Below are positions 45,857 to 55,789 of a stretch of 64,000 bases of DNA, piece by piece (the stretch's first letter is position 1; each line of letters starts with the position of its first letter). The stretch covers positions 75,169-139,168 of the forward strand of contig JAJCXN010000048.1 of NCBI GenBank assembly GCA_029263415.1. The letters are read 5' to 3'. This DNA comes from Acidobacteriota bacterium (GTDB lineage: Bacteria; Acidobacteriota; Thermoanaerobaculia; Multivoradales; Multivoraceae). Position numbers and translations under genes: made by a program. Under the pieces are notes generated by a model. That model worked only from the letters and a program-made list of their open reading frames with translations, was not told the origin of the DNA and ran no database searches.

Positions 45857-47215
45857 GTGGGTTGCACGAACCATCCTTTCTGGTTGCTTCCTTGTTGCTT
45901 CGCGAGCGTAGCTCCCAGCGCGCTCACTCTAGTAGCCCCACTGCCAACGATTACCGAGTCGTTGCGAATTGTCGGGCCCGGACTCGGCTTTAGCATCCTC
46001 GGTCGGGATGACGTCCGTATCTTCACAATCGAGATTCCAACCCTGGGTATCGACGATGATGTGGAAATCGAGAACCTCATCATGGGCTTAGGAAACGCGA
46101 GCAGCATGGGCGGCGCCATCTCTGCTCACAACGCAGATCTGGCGTTGCGTGATCTCGAGATTTCCTTTTGCACCGTGGATTCTGGACCGGGAGGCGCGGT
46201 CCACCTCGAAGACGGCAATCTACAGATCTATGACAGTACGTTCTTCTTAAACGCAGCCTCGGGACCGGGTATCTCCGAAGGCTTGGGCGGTGCGGTCTTC
46301 GTCAGGGACGGCGGGATAGTGCGCATCCATGGCTCGCTATTCTCCACCAACGAATCGCAGCGAGAAGGTGGTGCCATTTATGTGACTTCCGCCGACCTGA
46401 TCGAGATCGACAGGACGACCTTCACCAATAATGAGTCGCAAAGTAATCGAGGAGGCGCCGTCGCCGCCAGTGCGACGATGATGGAGGTTCGGCGTAGCCA
46501 CTTCGCGATCAACAAGGCTCAGGGGAGCCAAGCGGCCGGAGGCGGGCTCGGGGTCACCAGCACCCCGGATCTCCTTCTCGAGGACTCCACATTCGAGGGG
46601 AATCGAGCAATCTTCGACGGAGGTTTGTCCATCAATGACACGGCTGCCGTTGGCCGCAACCTAACCTTCGATGGCAACCTGCTGCTGAGTGTCAATGGGG
46701 TCGGGCAAGCCATCTCGGTGCTTTTCAGCTCGCTCGAGTTCGAGCGCGCAACGATCACGACTCATCTGGCGGACCAGCCTGTCATCAACATCACCAGCGG
46801 CGGATCTTCGGTGAACTTCGCCAACAGCATCCTCTACAATCCTTCGGCGAGCGAAGAGTGCCTGGGCTCCGGTTTCAGTACGACCGGATTCAACATCTTC
46901 GAGGATACAACCTGCGGGAATGCGCCCGACGACATGATCGGCACCGACCCTTTGCTCGAGGCTCTGAACGACAACGGCGGGCCCGTGCCGACACGTTTCC
47001 CCACCTCTAACAGTCCCGCGATCGACACCGGCAGCGATCATGATGGCGGGGGTTCAGGACCTTTGTGCCTGCCGACCGACGCACGTGGAATTTCCCGACC
47101 TCGAGATGGAGACGGCAACGGTTCTGCGATCTGCGACCGAGGTGCTGCCGAGGCCTATCCGAGCGAAATCTTCGCCGATGATTTCGAGAGCGGCTCGATC
47201 AGCAACTGGATCTGA
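45857..47215 (+). CDS. right-handed parallel β-helix (PbH1) repeat protein ending in the C-terminal FESGSISNW motif
   Basis: Repeated GGA[IV]… blocks (GGAISAHNADL, GGAVHLEDGNL, GGAVFVRDGG, GGAIYVTSADL, GGAVAASAT…). C-terminal DARGISRPRDGDGNGSAICDRGAAEA, then …FADDFESGSISNWI. The start codon is uncertain (track start is GTG). Confidence 0.65.
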   Translation: MGCTNHPFWLLPCCFASVAPSALTLVAPLPTITESLRIVGPGLGFSILGRDDVRIFTIEIPTLGIDDDVEIENLIMGLGNASSMGGAISAHNADLALRDLEISFCTVDSGPGGAVHLEDGNLQIYDSTFFLNAASGPGISEGLGGAVFVRDGGIVRIHGSLFSTNESQREGGAIYVTSADLIEIDRTTFTNNESQSNRGGAVAASATMMEVRRSHFAINKAQGSQAAGGGLGVTSTPDLLLEDSTFEGNRAIFDGGLSINDTAAVGRNLTFDGNLLLSVNGVGQAISVLFSSLEFERATITTHLADQPVINITSGGSSVNFANSILYNPSASEECLGSGFSTTGFNIFEDTTCGNAPDDMIGTDPLLEALNDNGGPVPTRFPTSNSPAIDTGSDHDGGGSGPLCLPTDARGISRPRDGDGNGSAICDRGAAEAYPSEIFADDFESGSISNWI

Positions 47216-47406
47216 GGCGCATCGCTTGCCGAGCCGCAAGGTCTAAGCTCGCGGCGCCGAACCCAGCGCGCCGAGACACGGCGCCGCTGCAGAAGCGGGC
47301 CACGCCGAAAGACAGGTAATCTCAAAGCCGGGCTCTTCCGGTTCGGCCGAAAGCGCCCGTGTGTAGCCGAAGCAAACACCAGAATGTCGCGGGGCCGGGT
47401 GAGCTG

Positions 47407-48126
47407 ATGAGCGAACAAGTACAAGCCTCCACCGGGAGACTTCAGCGGGCAGCACGCCGGATCATCTTCAGCTTGCTCGTCGTCTCATCAAGTGGCGCTG
47501 CCCTGGTGTGGTGGTCTTACCCCGATGTCCGTTCCTTAGCCACAGCACAGCCAACATCGACGGCTTTCATCGAGTTCGCGGTGGCGAGAGGCGGAAATGT
47601 TCGCTGGACATGGGTACCGGATGCGCGCATCGCTCCTTCGTTGCGCAAGGCGGTGGTCACCGCCGAAGACCTATCCTTCTTCTCGCACAACGGATTCGAC
47701 CGGCACGAGGTGCAAGCCGCGATCGAAGAAGCCTTGGCTGGTGGACGAGTGCGCGGGGCATCGACGATCACCCAGCAACTCGCCAAGAACCTGTGGCTGA
47801 GTCCGTCGCGCAACCCGATTCGTAAGCTGCGCGAGCTGCTGCTAACGCGATCGTTGGAGAAACACCTGAGCAAGCGCCGGATTCTCGAGCTCTATCTGAA
47901 CGTTGCGGAGTTCGGCCCCGCAACGTTCGGAGCTGAGGCTGCTTCGCAGCGGTACTTCGGCAAATCGGCGAGTGACCTCACACAAGAAGAAGCTGCGCAA
48001 CTTGCTGCGAGTCTTCCCGCGTCGTCCTGGCATCCTGGAGTTACCAGTCAGCGCTACCAGGCGCATCTCGGCCGCCTGCGAACGCGGATGCAGCAGCTCG
48101 ATTGGCTCGACCAGTTGGTTCGGTAG
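47407..48126 (+). CDS. mtgA: monofunctional biosynthetic peptidoglycan transglycosylase (GT51)
   Basis: GT51 signatures: EDLSFFSHNGFD, RGASTITQQLAKN, LELYLNVAEFG. N-terminal anchor IIFSLLVVSSSGAALVWW. Confidence 0.85.
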   Translation: MSEQVQASTGRLQRAARRIIFSLLVVSSSGAALVWWSYPDVRSLATAQPTSTAFIEFAVARGGNVRWTWVPDARIAPSLRKAVVTAEDLSFFSHNGFDRHEVQAAIEEALAGGRVRGASTITQQLAKNLWLSPSRNPIRKLRELLLTRSLEKHLSKRRILELYLNVAEFGPATFGAEAASQRYFGKSASDLTQEEAAQLAASLPASSWHPGVTSQRYQAHLGRLRTRMQQLDWLDQLVR

Positions 48127-48426
48127 ACACGTCTGCTTCGCCCCCGCTTTGGCGCTGCAACACAACCCCCAAGACAACGATGCCCGGCACTTCGGAAAGA
48201 CCCTAGTACCGAGACTCACACGCAGTCTCCAGAGAAAAGCGGGTCGCACGCTTCTGCAAGACCAAGCCGCAACTCTCGGTCGAGGCCCCGCAAACCGGTA
48301 CTCCGACCTCGCGGGCGGGCTCTCTTGGGGAACCCGCATTTCTTCGGAAACTTGCCCCGCGCCCGGGAACATCCGCGCTCTGCTCCGTATTCAGATGAGT
48401 CAGAACCTAGAAACCTCGCGAAAACC

Positions 48427-49020
48427 ATGTCGATCACCTCACACCCCTCTATCTCTCGGCTCCTCAGCGCATGGGGTGCTAGTCACCCCTCTGCTCTCAA
48501 CCAACTGCTCGGTCGAGTCCAGAGCCATCTACGCAAACAGGCAAGGGTCCTTCTCGCACGCGAACGCCAGGGCCATACCCTGCAGCCCACCGCGCTCGTC
48601 AATGAAGCGTTCCTACGCCTGTTTCGACAGCGCAATGTTAGGTGGAACGACCGTGAACATTTCTTCGCCGTTGTCGCCATGACCATGCGGCGTGTATTGG
48701 TCGATGCGGCCCGTCGACGGACGGCAGTCCGAAGGGGAGCAAGACCGCTCAAGATCTCGCTCAGCGACGTCGAGCCCGCACACGAGACCGATCTCGAAGT
48801 CCTAGACCTGAATCGCGCGCTCGAAGATCTCGCTGAACTGCACGAGCGTCAGGCTCAAATTGTGACCCTCCGCTACTTCGGGGGCTTGGCAGCTCCGGCT
48901 GTGGCTGAAGCTCTCGACATCTCGGTTTCGACGGTGGAATCGGACTGGCGGATGGCTCGTGCGTGGCTACGGCATCGTTTGACCAACCAGTCCGCCGAGA
49001 AACTGGAACCAAGGCCTTGA
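48427..49020 (+). CDS. ECF (group IV) sigma-70 family sigma factor of the Ser/Thr-kinase-associated type
   Basis: N-terminus SRLLSAWGASHPSALNQLL…ERQGHTLQPTALVNEAFLRL is typical of kinase-partnered ECF sigmas. Region 4 HTH …IVTLRYFGGLAAPAVAEALDISVSTVESDW. Confidence 0.8.
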   Translation: MSITSHPSISRLLSAWGASHPSALNQLLGRVQSHLRKQARVLLARERQGHTLQPTALVNEAFLRLFRQRNVRWNDREHFFAVVAMTMRRVLVDAARRRTAVRRGARPLKISLSDVEPAHETDLEVLDLNRALEDLAELHERQAQIVTLRYFGGLAAPAVAEALDISVSTVESDWRMARAWLRHRLTNQSAEKLEPRP

Positions 49021-51887
49021 GCTCCGAGCGGCATCGCCGATTAACTGAACTCTTTGCTGCTGTCGCTGATGCGCCGTCCGCTGAACGGCACCATATCCTT
49101 CAGTCAATTGAACATGACAAGAGTCTGATTGCCGATTGTCTAGAGCTGCTCGCGGCGGACGATGCGTCACCGGGAGACTTCTTGGCCCCTGGCAGCTTGA
49201 GGTTCGAGGAGTCCACCAGCGACGTGTCTGAACCGCCATTCCAAATTGGAGACCAGCTCGATAACTATCGAATCGTTGAACTGCTGGGGCGTGGTGGCAT
49301 GGGCTGCGTGTACCGCGCAGAAGACCCCTCGCTGCGCCGAGACGTCGCCATCAAAACGTTGGCCAAGGCTAGTGCCGACGAACGGCAACACAGTCGATTC
49401 CTGGAAGAGGGCCGGAGTCTCGCTGCGCTTGATCACCCGAACGTGGTCACGGTGCACGCGGTTGGCGAGGCTCCAACCACCGGCGGCTCGACGGCGCCAT
49501 ACCTAGTCATGGAGTTAGTACACGGCCAACGTCTCGACCAAGTTGCTGGTACCGATGGGCTAAGTCTCCAGAAGTTCTGCAACGTGGCCCGAGATCTTCT
49601 CAGCGGGGTGGCGGCCGCTCATCGTTGCGGGATTGTGCACCGCGATCTCAAGCCATCCAACGTCATGATCACGGAGTTGGGCCAGACCAAGGTGCTCGAT
49701 TTCGGTTTGGCACGAACAGAATCGCCTCGGCCAAGCCGCTCGTACGCCGACGAAGCCACCAAAGACGGCGCGCTGATCGGAACCATTCCGTTCATGTCAC
49801 CGGAACAAGTCTCTGGCCAGCCCGCAGATCGACGCTCGGACGTCTTTTCACTGGGCAGTGTTCTCTACTTCGCAGCAACGGGGCGATCCCCTTTTGCGGG
49901 CTCAGACGATCTTGCGACGCTGAGCAACATCCTGACTAAAGACCCACCCGCTTTGAGGACCATCCGGCCCGACCTATCGCGGAGTCTCGAATCGCTCATC
50001 GAACGAGCTCTTTCGAAGGCTCCGGAGGAGCGCTACTCGAGCGCCGACGACATGAGATCGGCACTGGATCAACTGGCATCAAGAGCCAACCGCCCTTGGA
50101 AGCGAGGCTGGGTTCAAGCAGCTGCAGCAGCAATGCTGTTTGGCGTGCTCGGCTTGACTTGGATTTTCGCTACAGCTGCCGACGACTCGCCGCTCACAGC
50201 CATCGAAGGGCGCGCCAATCTCAACATGCAGCCTCTGACCACCAGCGGCACGGTGATCTCAGCGGCCCTCTCGCCCGACGGTCAGCGATTTAGTTATGTG
50301 GAGTCTGTCGACGGGCTCCAGGGCCTCTACGTCCGCAACGTAGCCGGTGGTCCCAGCCTCGAACTAGTCCCTCCCCGTCCCATCGCATTTTGGGGTCATT
50401 CCTTCTCGAGTGACGGCACACAGGTCTTCTACGGGCTACGAGGTGATCCTGATCGACCAGGGGGAGCGTACTTCCAGATCTCAACCCTTGGCGGTTCGCC
50501 GCAACACCTCGTTGATGGCATTGACAGCACGCCTGCAGTCTCACCGGACGGCTCACAAATAGCTTGGTACCGACTTCACCCGGACGGCGAAGATGAGTTG
50601 CTGATTGCGGATCTCGCCAGCGGCGAAGAGCGGCGCGTCGCGAGCCCACAGGGGCCCTATCGCTATGGCCCTACCTTCTTTGGTGGTGTGGCATTTTCGC
50701 CCAACGGAAAGCGCATCGCAGTTGCAGAGATCCACCCCGCAGGCGAGCCCGGTCGCATTGCGCTGATCGATATTGCCACTGGAACTGAACGCTGGAGCGT
50801 CACTGACCCCCGATGGACGATGATGGGACAGGTGGCTTGGGCGCCGGATCATCAGGCACTGCTGGTGGTGGCTGGCGGCAAAGCAACCTCAAAGGACATC
50901 TGGCGAATCCCGCTGTGGAGCGGCGATCCGGTTCGGCTCACAGTTGATCTCAACAGCTACCGAACCGTCAGTCTCTCTCGCAACGGAGACCGCCTGGTCA
51001 CCGTACCTTCACGACTCGAGTCTGGTCTATGGAGCGGCGAATGGCCTCCACGCGGCGAAGCAGAACGGGTGACGCGCGAGCGCCCCGGTGCCTATGCGGG
51101 GATCGACTACAGCTCAGACGGTGCCTTGGTCTTCACCCAGGGTGGAAGCCTTCAGCTAGTCAAGAAGAACCAACAGCGTCCCACCTTCGTCATCGACGAG
51201 CCTGGCACCATCTCAACGCCTCACATCACTGAGCAAGGCTCCGCCCTCTACGCAAAATCGCGCACTGCCGGCAATGCTCCGATCATTCGCGAGGTTGACC
51301 TGCAAACCCGCATCGCTCGTGACGTTGTACAACTTCCGCAAGATGCCTACCCGCTTCGTTTGTCGTATACGCAGAACGCGGTCTATTCCTCGAACACGGC
51401 GGGCAATCGCATGTATAGGACTCCGCTAGACGGCGGTCCCACGACCCAACTCGGTGAGTCCGGCTACCTACCATTCGTTTCCCCGGATGGTGACCAGTTG
51501 GCTTACTACCAATTCGTCTCAACGGCAACAGTGGGGCCAAGCCGGATCGTGGTGCGCTCGCTGACCAACAGTGGAGGCATCGATGACGCGGTCCCACCCA
51601 TTCTGATCGAGCATCTCGCTGCCACGTTTCCCCGCTCCTTTCTTCGCTGGACTCCAAATGGTGATGCCCTGCTAGTCAACACCGCGGCGGGCGACCGGGC
51701 CAACCTCTGGCGCTTACCGCTCGACGGAAACGCAGCCGAACGGCTGACGGATTTCACCGAACAAGACCTGCTCGCGGCGGACTTCTCTCCGGACGAATCT
51801 CGTTGGACCTTCTTGAGAGGTGGCAGCCTGCGCGACGCAGTCTTGATTGAAGGAGCCCTCGGACCACCAAGCGAACCTTCCCAGTAG
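48963..51887 (+). CDS. Ser/Thr protein kinase with C-terminal TolB/PD40-like β-propeller
   Basis: Kinase motifs LGRGGMGCVY, VAIK, HRDLKPSNVM, DFGLA, GTIPFMSPE. TM helix AAAAMLFGVLGLTWIFA. Six or more PD40-like repeats. Start is either ATG 48963 (57-nt overlap with the sigma gene) or TTG 49016 overlapping the sigma stop. Confidence 0.85.
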   Translation: MATASFDQPVRRETGTKALSSERHRRLTELFAAVADAPSAERHHILQSIEHDKSLIADCLELLAADDASPGDFLAPGSLRFEESTSDVSEPPFQIGDQLDNYRIVELLGRGGMGCVYRAEDPSLRRDVAIKTLAKASADERQHSRFLEEGRSLAALDHPNVVTVHAVGEAPTTGGSTAPYLVMELVHGQRLDQVAGTDGLSLQKFCNVARDLLSGVAAAHRCGIVHRDLKPSNVMITELGQTKVLDFGLARTESPRPSRSYADEATKDGALIGTIPFMSPEQVSGQPADRRSDVFSLGSVLYFAATGRSPFAGSDDLATLSNILTKDPPALRTIRPDLSRSLESLIERALSKAPEERYSSADDMRSALDQLASRANRPWKRGWVQAAAAAMLFGVLGLTWIFATAADDSPLTAIEGRANLNMQPLTTSGTVISAALSPDGQRFSYVESVDGLQGLYVRNVAGGPSLELVPPRPIAFWGHSFSSDGTQVFYGLRGDPDRPGGAYFQISTLGGSPQHLVDGIDSTPAVSPDGSQIAWYRLHPDGEDELLIADLASGEERRVASPQGPYRYGPTFFGGVAFSPNGKRIAVAEIHPAGEPGRIALIDIATGTERWSVTDPRWTMMGQVAWAPDHQALLVVAGGKATSKDIWRIPLWSGDPVRLTVDLNSYRTVSLSRNGDRLVTVPSRLESGLWSGEWPPRGEAERVTRERPGAYAGIDYSSDGALVFTQGGSLQLVKKNQQRPTFVIDEPGTISTPHITEQGSALYAKSRTAGNAPIIREVDLQTRIARDVVQLPQDAYPLRLSYTQNAVYSSNTAGNRMYRTPLDGGPTTQLGESGYLPFVSPDGDQLAYYQFVSTATVGPSRIVVRSLTNSGGIDDAVPPILIEHLAATFPRSFLRWTPNGDALLVNTAAGDRANLWRLPLDGNAAERLTDFTEQDLLAADFSPDESRWTFLRGGSLRDAVLIEGALGPPSEPSQ

Positions 51888-51964
51888 GGCCGCTGCAGAA
51901 AAACCAAGGGGTTTAAGAGCGCCTTGCGCGTGACTGGTTAGGAACCATCACGCGGGAGTCGCTC

Positions 51965-52495
51965 ATGCCATCCAGTAGCCATCGTCACCATCGCTCCGTC
52001 GCAGCCACTCTCGTGATTCTTGCGTTGATCGCGGCAAGTCAAACGGAACCCGCCAACGCCGAGCCAGGCGTCGGCGCTAAGGTCCCTCACCGCAAACGAC
52101 CACCTCTACAAGCCAAAGGTCTAGACCCTCGCCAGCTCGTAAAAGTCCGAGCCGCCCAACGGCTCGCCGATCGGCGACTCGAAACCAGAACAGAGTGTTC
52201 AACACTGTTTGATGACCTCGACCAAACCGGTCCCGCTGCCCTGAACGCAATGGTGGTTGATCTGAACGCTGACCCCAGTGTTTGCCAACGAGGTGTTGCG
52301 GCTACCACCCAAGTGCATGGCAATTCAGTGAGTTTGTGTCGGCAGTGGTTGCCACGGCTCGATCGGCATCAGCTGGCGATGTTGCTGATCCACGAAGCCC
52401 TACACCATGCGGGACTTGGCGAGGCACCAACCGACCCTGAAGCTCCGACCTCTCGAGCCATCAATCGCATGGTGTCTAAGCGGTGTGGGCTTTAA
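51965..52495 (+). CDS. small secreted protein with HExxH motif (LLIHEALHH), hypothetical
   Basis: Signal VAATLVILALIAASQTEPANA. HEALHH is the only motif. 4 Cys. Confidence 0.45.
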   Translation: MPSSSHRHHRSVAATLVILALIAASQTEPANAEPGVGAKVPHRKRPPLQAKGLDPRQLVKVRAAQRLADRRLETRTECSTLFDDLDQTGPAALNAMVVDLNADPSVCQRGVAATTQVHGNSVSLCRQWLPRLDRHQLAMLLIHEALHHAGLGEAPTDPEAPTSRAINRMVSKRCGL

Positions 52496-52695
52496 CCCCC
52501 TCGGGTTAGGGCATCTCGGACAAACGTGGCGTGTCTCAGAAGGTGGCGTCCCAGAAATAGGTGCGGGGCAAGTCTGCAGATCAACATTCATTTCATGGTC
52601 TCGCTCTCCTCGGAGGACTGAAGAACCGAGACTCCATGTCTCCGCGATCGAGAGCCCCGCATATGCGACCACAGGGGGCCAGGCCAAAGCCCGAC

Positions 52696-53196
52696 TCAGC
52701 CAGACTTTCTGAGCACCACGTTCGCTTGTGACGCGGCCTCAACGAACTTCATCGGATCCAGATGAAAGTCAGCGTACACGACCACCCCTTCGGGATCGAT
52801 CACGGTGAACCAAGGAGTCCCGGAGGTGCGATAGTCGCCCATCAGTGTTGAATAGGTCTCACCTGCTTGCCGAACATCGTGGCCAAACGGAATTTCGAGA
52901 CCGTACTTGTCCTGGTTCAAACGAAGCTTGTCGACCGTGTTGATCTCGGCACCTTCGAACACTGTTTGCACCGCGGCAAATCCGAATCCCCGATCAGGCA
53001 GTTCTTCTACCAAGCGTTTCAGCGTTGGGAAGCCGCTGGAATGACAACCCGGACACCAGTGTTGAAAGCAGTAGAGGATCTTGAAGCCATCCCCAAGATC
53101 AGCCAACACCAATGGCTCGACCTCGTTGCCAGTTCCGTCAATCCAGTGAGTCACGCGTAGCTCCGGTGCCTCTTTGTGCAGCAAACCCATCTGCAT
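52696..53196 (-). CDS. thioredoxin-fold thiol:disulfide oxidoreductase (TlpA/redoxin-like), third gene of the msrB-msrA operon
   Basis: WCPGC active site in YCFQHWCPGCHSSGF. Start ATG overlaps the msrA stop (TGATG). The track ORF extends to 53307 across the msrA 3' end. Confidence 0.75.
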   Translation of the reverse strand: MQMGLLHKEAPELRVTHWIDGTGNEVEPLVLADLGDGFKILYCFQHWCPGCHSSGFPTLKRLVEELPDRGFGFAAVQTVFEGAEINTVDKLRLNQDKYGLEIPFGHDVRQAGETYSTLMGDYRTSGTPWFTVIDPEGVVVYADFHLDPMKFVEAASQANVVLRKSG

Positions 53197-53768
53197 CAGG
53201 ATCTCCCCTTCGAACCAAAGCCCGTACCTTGTGATCCAGCTGGGCTCTGCAGAGCGCTGCTTGCATCGAGCGTAGGCAGCACCCAATCGGGCCTCGGAAA
53301 GTGACACGTATAGCCATCCGGATACCGCTGCAAGTAGTCCTGGTGTTCAGGCTCGGCTTCCCAGAAATCGCCGACCGGCTCCACCTCAGTGATCACCTCG
53401 CCTGGCCAGAGACCAGAGGCCTCCACCTCGAGAATGGTCCGCTCCGCAATCTCTCGTTGCTCATCGGTGACGGTGTATATCCCCGAACGATACGAAGACC
53501 CTCGATCATTGCCTTGTTGGTCGATCGTCGTCGGATCATGGATTTGAAAGAAGAGTTCCAGGAGATTTCGATAAGAAGTCTCTTCCGAATCGAAGAGGAT
53601 CTCGATCCCTTCGGCGTGAGACCCGTGATCGCGGTAGGTAGCGTTCGGCACGTCGCCACCGGTGTAACCGACTCGGGTCTCAATGACCCCGGGAAGCTCT
53701 CGAATCAGATCCTGCATTCCCCAGAAACATCCGCCCGCCAGAACTGCGCGTTCGGTGGTCATGCTCAA
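53196..53768 (-). CDS. msrA: peptide-methionine (S)-S-oxide reductase MsrA
   Basis: GCFWG active-site motif in [11 protein letters not shown]. Conserved YHQ-like region ([11 protein letters not shown]…HAEGI). Start overlaps the msrB stop (ATGA). Confidence 0.9.
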   Translation of the reverse strand: MSMTTERAVLAGGCFWGMQDLIRELPGVIETRVGYTGGDVPNATYRDHGSHAEGIEILFDSEETSYRNLLELFFQIHDPTTIDQQGNDRGSSYRSGIYTVTDEQREIAERTILEVEASGLWPGEVITEVEPVGDFWEAEPEHQDYLQRYPDGYTCHFPRPDWVLPTLDASSALQSPAGSQGTGFGSKGRS

Positions 53769-54211
53769 ACCTCCTCCACTTGGTTCAGATACTCGCCGTA
53801 GCCCTCGTCTTGCATGTCCTCGCGGGCGATGAACCGGAGAGAGGCTGAATTGATGCAGTAGCGAAGGCCGCCTTGGTTCGCTGGACCGTCGGTGAAGACG
53901 TGACCAAGATGGCTATCGCCATGCACACTGCGCACTTCAGTGCGGCTCATCCCATAGGACGTGTCTCGCAATTCGTTGACGAAGGCTTCAACAATTGGCT
54001 TGGTAAAACTCGGCCAACCGCAGCCTGAGTCGAACTTGTCGGAGGAGGCGAAGAGGGGTTCGCCAGACACGATATCGACGTAGATACCAGCCTCCCGATT
54101 CTCAAGGTATTCGCCGGACCCAGGAGCCTCTGTTCCACTCTCTTGCGTCACTCGACGCTGCTCGTGGGTCAGCCCTGCGAGCGCTTCCTTCGTTCGGGTG
54201 TATTCCTTCAT
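53765..54211 (-). CDS. msrB: peptide-methionine (R)-S-oxide reductase MsrB
   Basis: SelR signatures GCGWPSF, HLGHVF, RYCINS (catalytic Cys, not Sec). Confidence 0.9.
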   Translation of the reverse strand: MKEYTRTKEALAGLTHEQRRVTQESGTEAPGSGEYLENREAGIYVDIVSGEPLFASSDKFDSGCGWPSFTKPIVEAFVNELRDTSYGMSRTEVRSVHGDSHLGHVFTDGPANQGGLRYCINSASLRFIAREDMQDEGYGEYLNQVEEV

Positions 54212-54823
54212 AGTTCCTCCTTAGCCGATCTCAGCATCAGCGTAGCTCATTGCAACAGTCGTCTGACTTCGCGCGGTCCTCTAGGAAACCAGCGAAAGAA
54301 CAGACCGGATAGGACGCCGCACATGAACAAGAACGCGTGGCGTCAATCGACGCTCAAACACGGTCCCAGCGGTGGGCGCCCTTTTGGGTAAGAAGCGGTG
54401 GCCTGGCAAATCCTGCCAAGGGTTCATAGACGCATGAAGCCGCCGGAGGCCTCCGGCTTCAGCCTTGGCTTGAGTCCAGCATGTCTTCATGTCTTACGCG
54501 TTTCCATGAATACGTTGCGCGTGAGAACTTAGATCTACCACAGTCCTAGTCAAAGCCGGCAGTGTGTCACCCGCGCGAAGCCACCGGGGGACGGAGGCGA
54601 CAGCTTGACCACCTAACGAGGAGTTGTGCGAGCCGGCCACTTCTACAAACCTCCAAGGCCTAAGCTGCTGAAGAACGCTCTGACCCTCTCGCTCTCGCTC
54701 TCAGCGCTGATCCTCTCGCTCTCTCGACTCCCCGCACTCGGATACACTGATCCTCGTTCGAGAGCTGTTGCCGGCCGACGGAAGCATCCTTCCTTCGCAA
54801 GCCGATTCCGAAGTAGGTACAAG

Positions 54824-55552
54824 ATGTCTGATCAAGCTGCCGTTTCAAGTTCTGTGTCCGCTGGCGAACGGAGATTGGGTGGAATAGCAGGAGTGGGTGC
54901 AGCGCTGTGCATCCTGACTTTCGTTGTGATCAACGCAAAGATCGGTGGCCTATTCTCGCCTGAAGTCCTCAGCGGAGCGCCGATTGACCCGTGGGTTGCG
55001 AGGGTGCAAGCTCGACCCCTCTTGGCAGGTCTCGGCATGCTCGCGCCGGCGGTGGGATTCTTTTTGCTGTTTGTCTTCGGGTTGAGCTTGTCTCGACAAG
55101 TTCCGCGCGATGACTGGCGCAGGACGGTCGCCTTGTCTGGCTACGCCTTGGCCACCCCAATAGCTGTCATGGGCTTCTTGTCGGCCGGCAGCCTCGTGAA
55201 ATTGATCGCGGCCCCGGCAGGCGCTACCCTCTCGGAGGCGACGCTCGCTGCAGTCGAGTTGGAAATGAACCAATTCATGCGCGGAAGCTTCGGCGTTGGT
55301 CCGTTGCTTGGCATTGTCCTGGGACATGGGGGGATCGCCTGGAGTGCCCTTCGTTCTCGTGCGCTGCCGAGTTGGCTTTGTTATTGGGCGTTGTTCAACG
55401 CCGGCTTGATGTCGATTGGGACGCTCGGTCTAGTGTGGCCAGCCCTTCTAGTCGCTCAGAGCGCAGCACCGCTCAGCATGTTGTGGATGGGCACAACCGG
55501 AATGTATCTGTTGCTGTCATCCCATTCAGCGGTCCGCACTCTCAACGGCTGA
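54824..55552 (+). CDS. polytopic membrane protein (DUF4386-like), hypothetical
   Basis: Start chosen at MSDQAAV. Six predicted TM helices. The upstream 66 codons of the track ORF are CT-repeat-derived low complexity (LSLSLSALILSLS). Confidence 0.5.
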   Translation: MSDQAAVSSSVSAGERRLGGIAGVGAALCILTFVVINAKIGGLFSPEVLSGAPIDPWVARVQARPLLAGLGMLAPAVGFFLLFVFGLSLSRQVPRDDWRRTVALSGYALATPIAVMGFLSAGSLVKLIAAPAGATLSEATLAAVELEMNQFMRGSFGVGPLLGIVLGHGGIAWSALRSRALPSWLCYWALFNAGLMSIGTLGLVWPALLVAQSAAPLSMLWMGTTGMYLLLSSHSAVRTLNG

Positions 55553-55789
55553 ACATGGCGGCGAGGGCTTGCACACCGTAGCGCCCTTGCCATTAGCGAT
55601 CGCTCTACTCGCCTTCCTTGCCCGCCGACCACTGCACCGACACACACTCCCGACCATCCATGCGGAGCTACAGCCCGCACCTTGTCAGCACGGTTCTTCT
55701 TCGTCGCCCTGCAACCGCCCCGATGAACTTGTGGTTCCGCTCTCAGCACATACCGGACGCTCCGAGTTCTCGGAGCACCGTGCAAGGCA

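Noticed and set aside
52696-54211. Additional selenoproteins among MsrA, MsrB and the thioredoxin-like gene
   Set aside because: All three have ordinary Cys codons at the catalytic positions (GCFWG, RYCINS, WCPGC) and no in-frame TGA.
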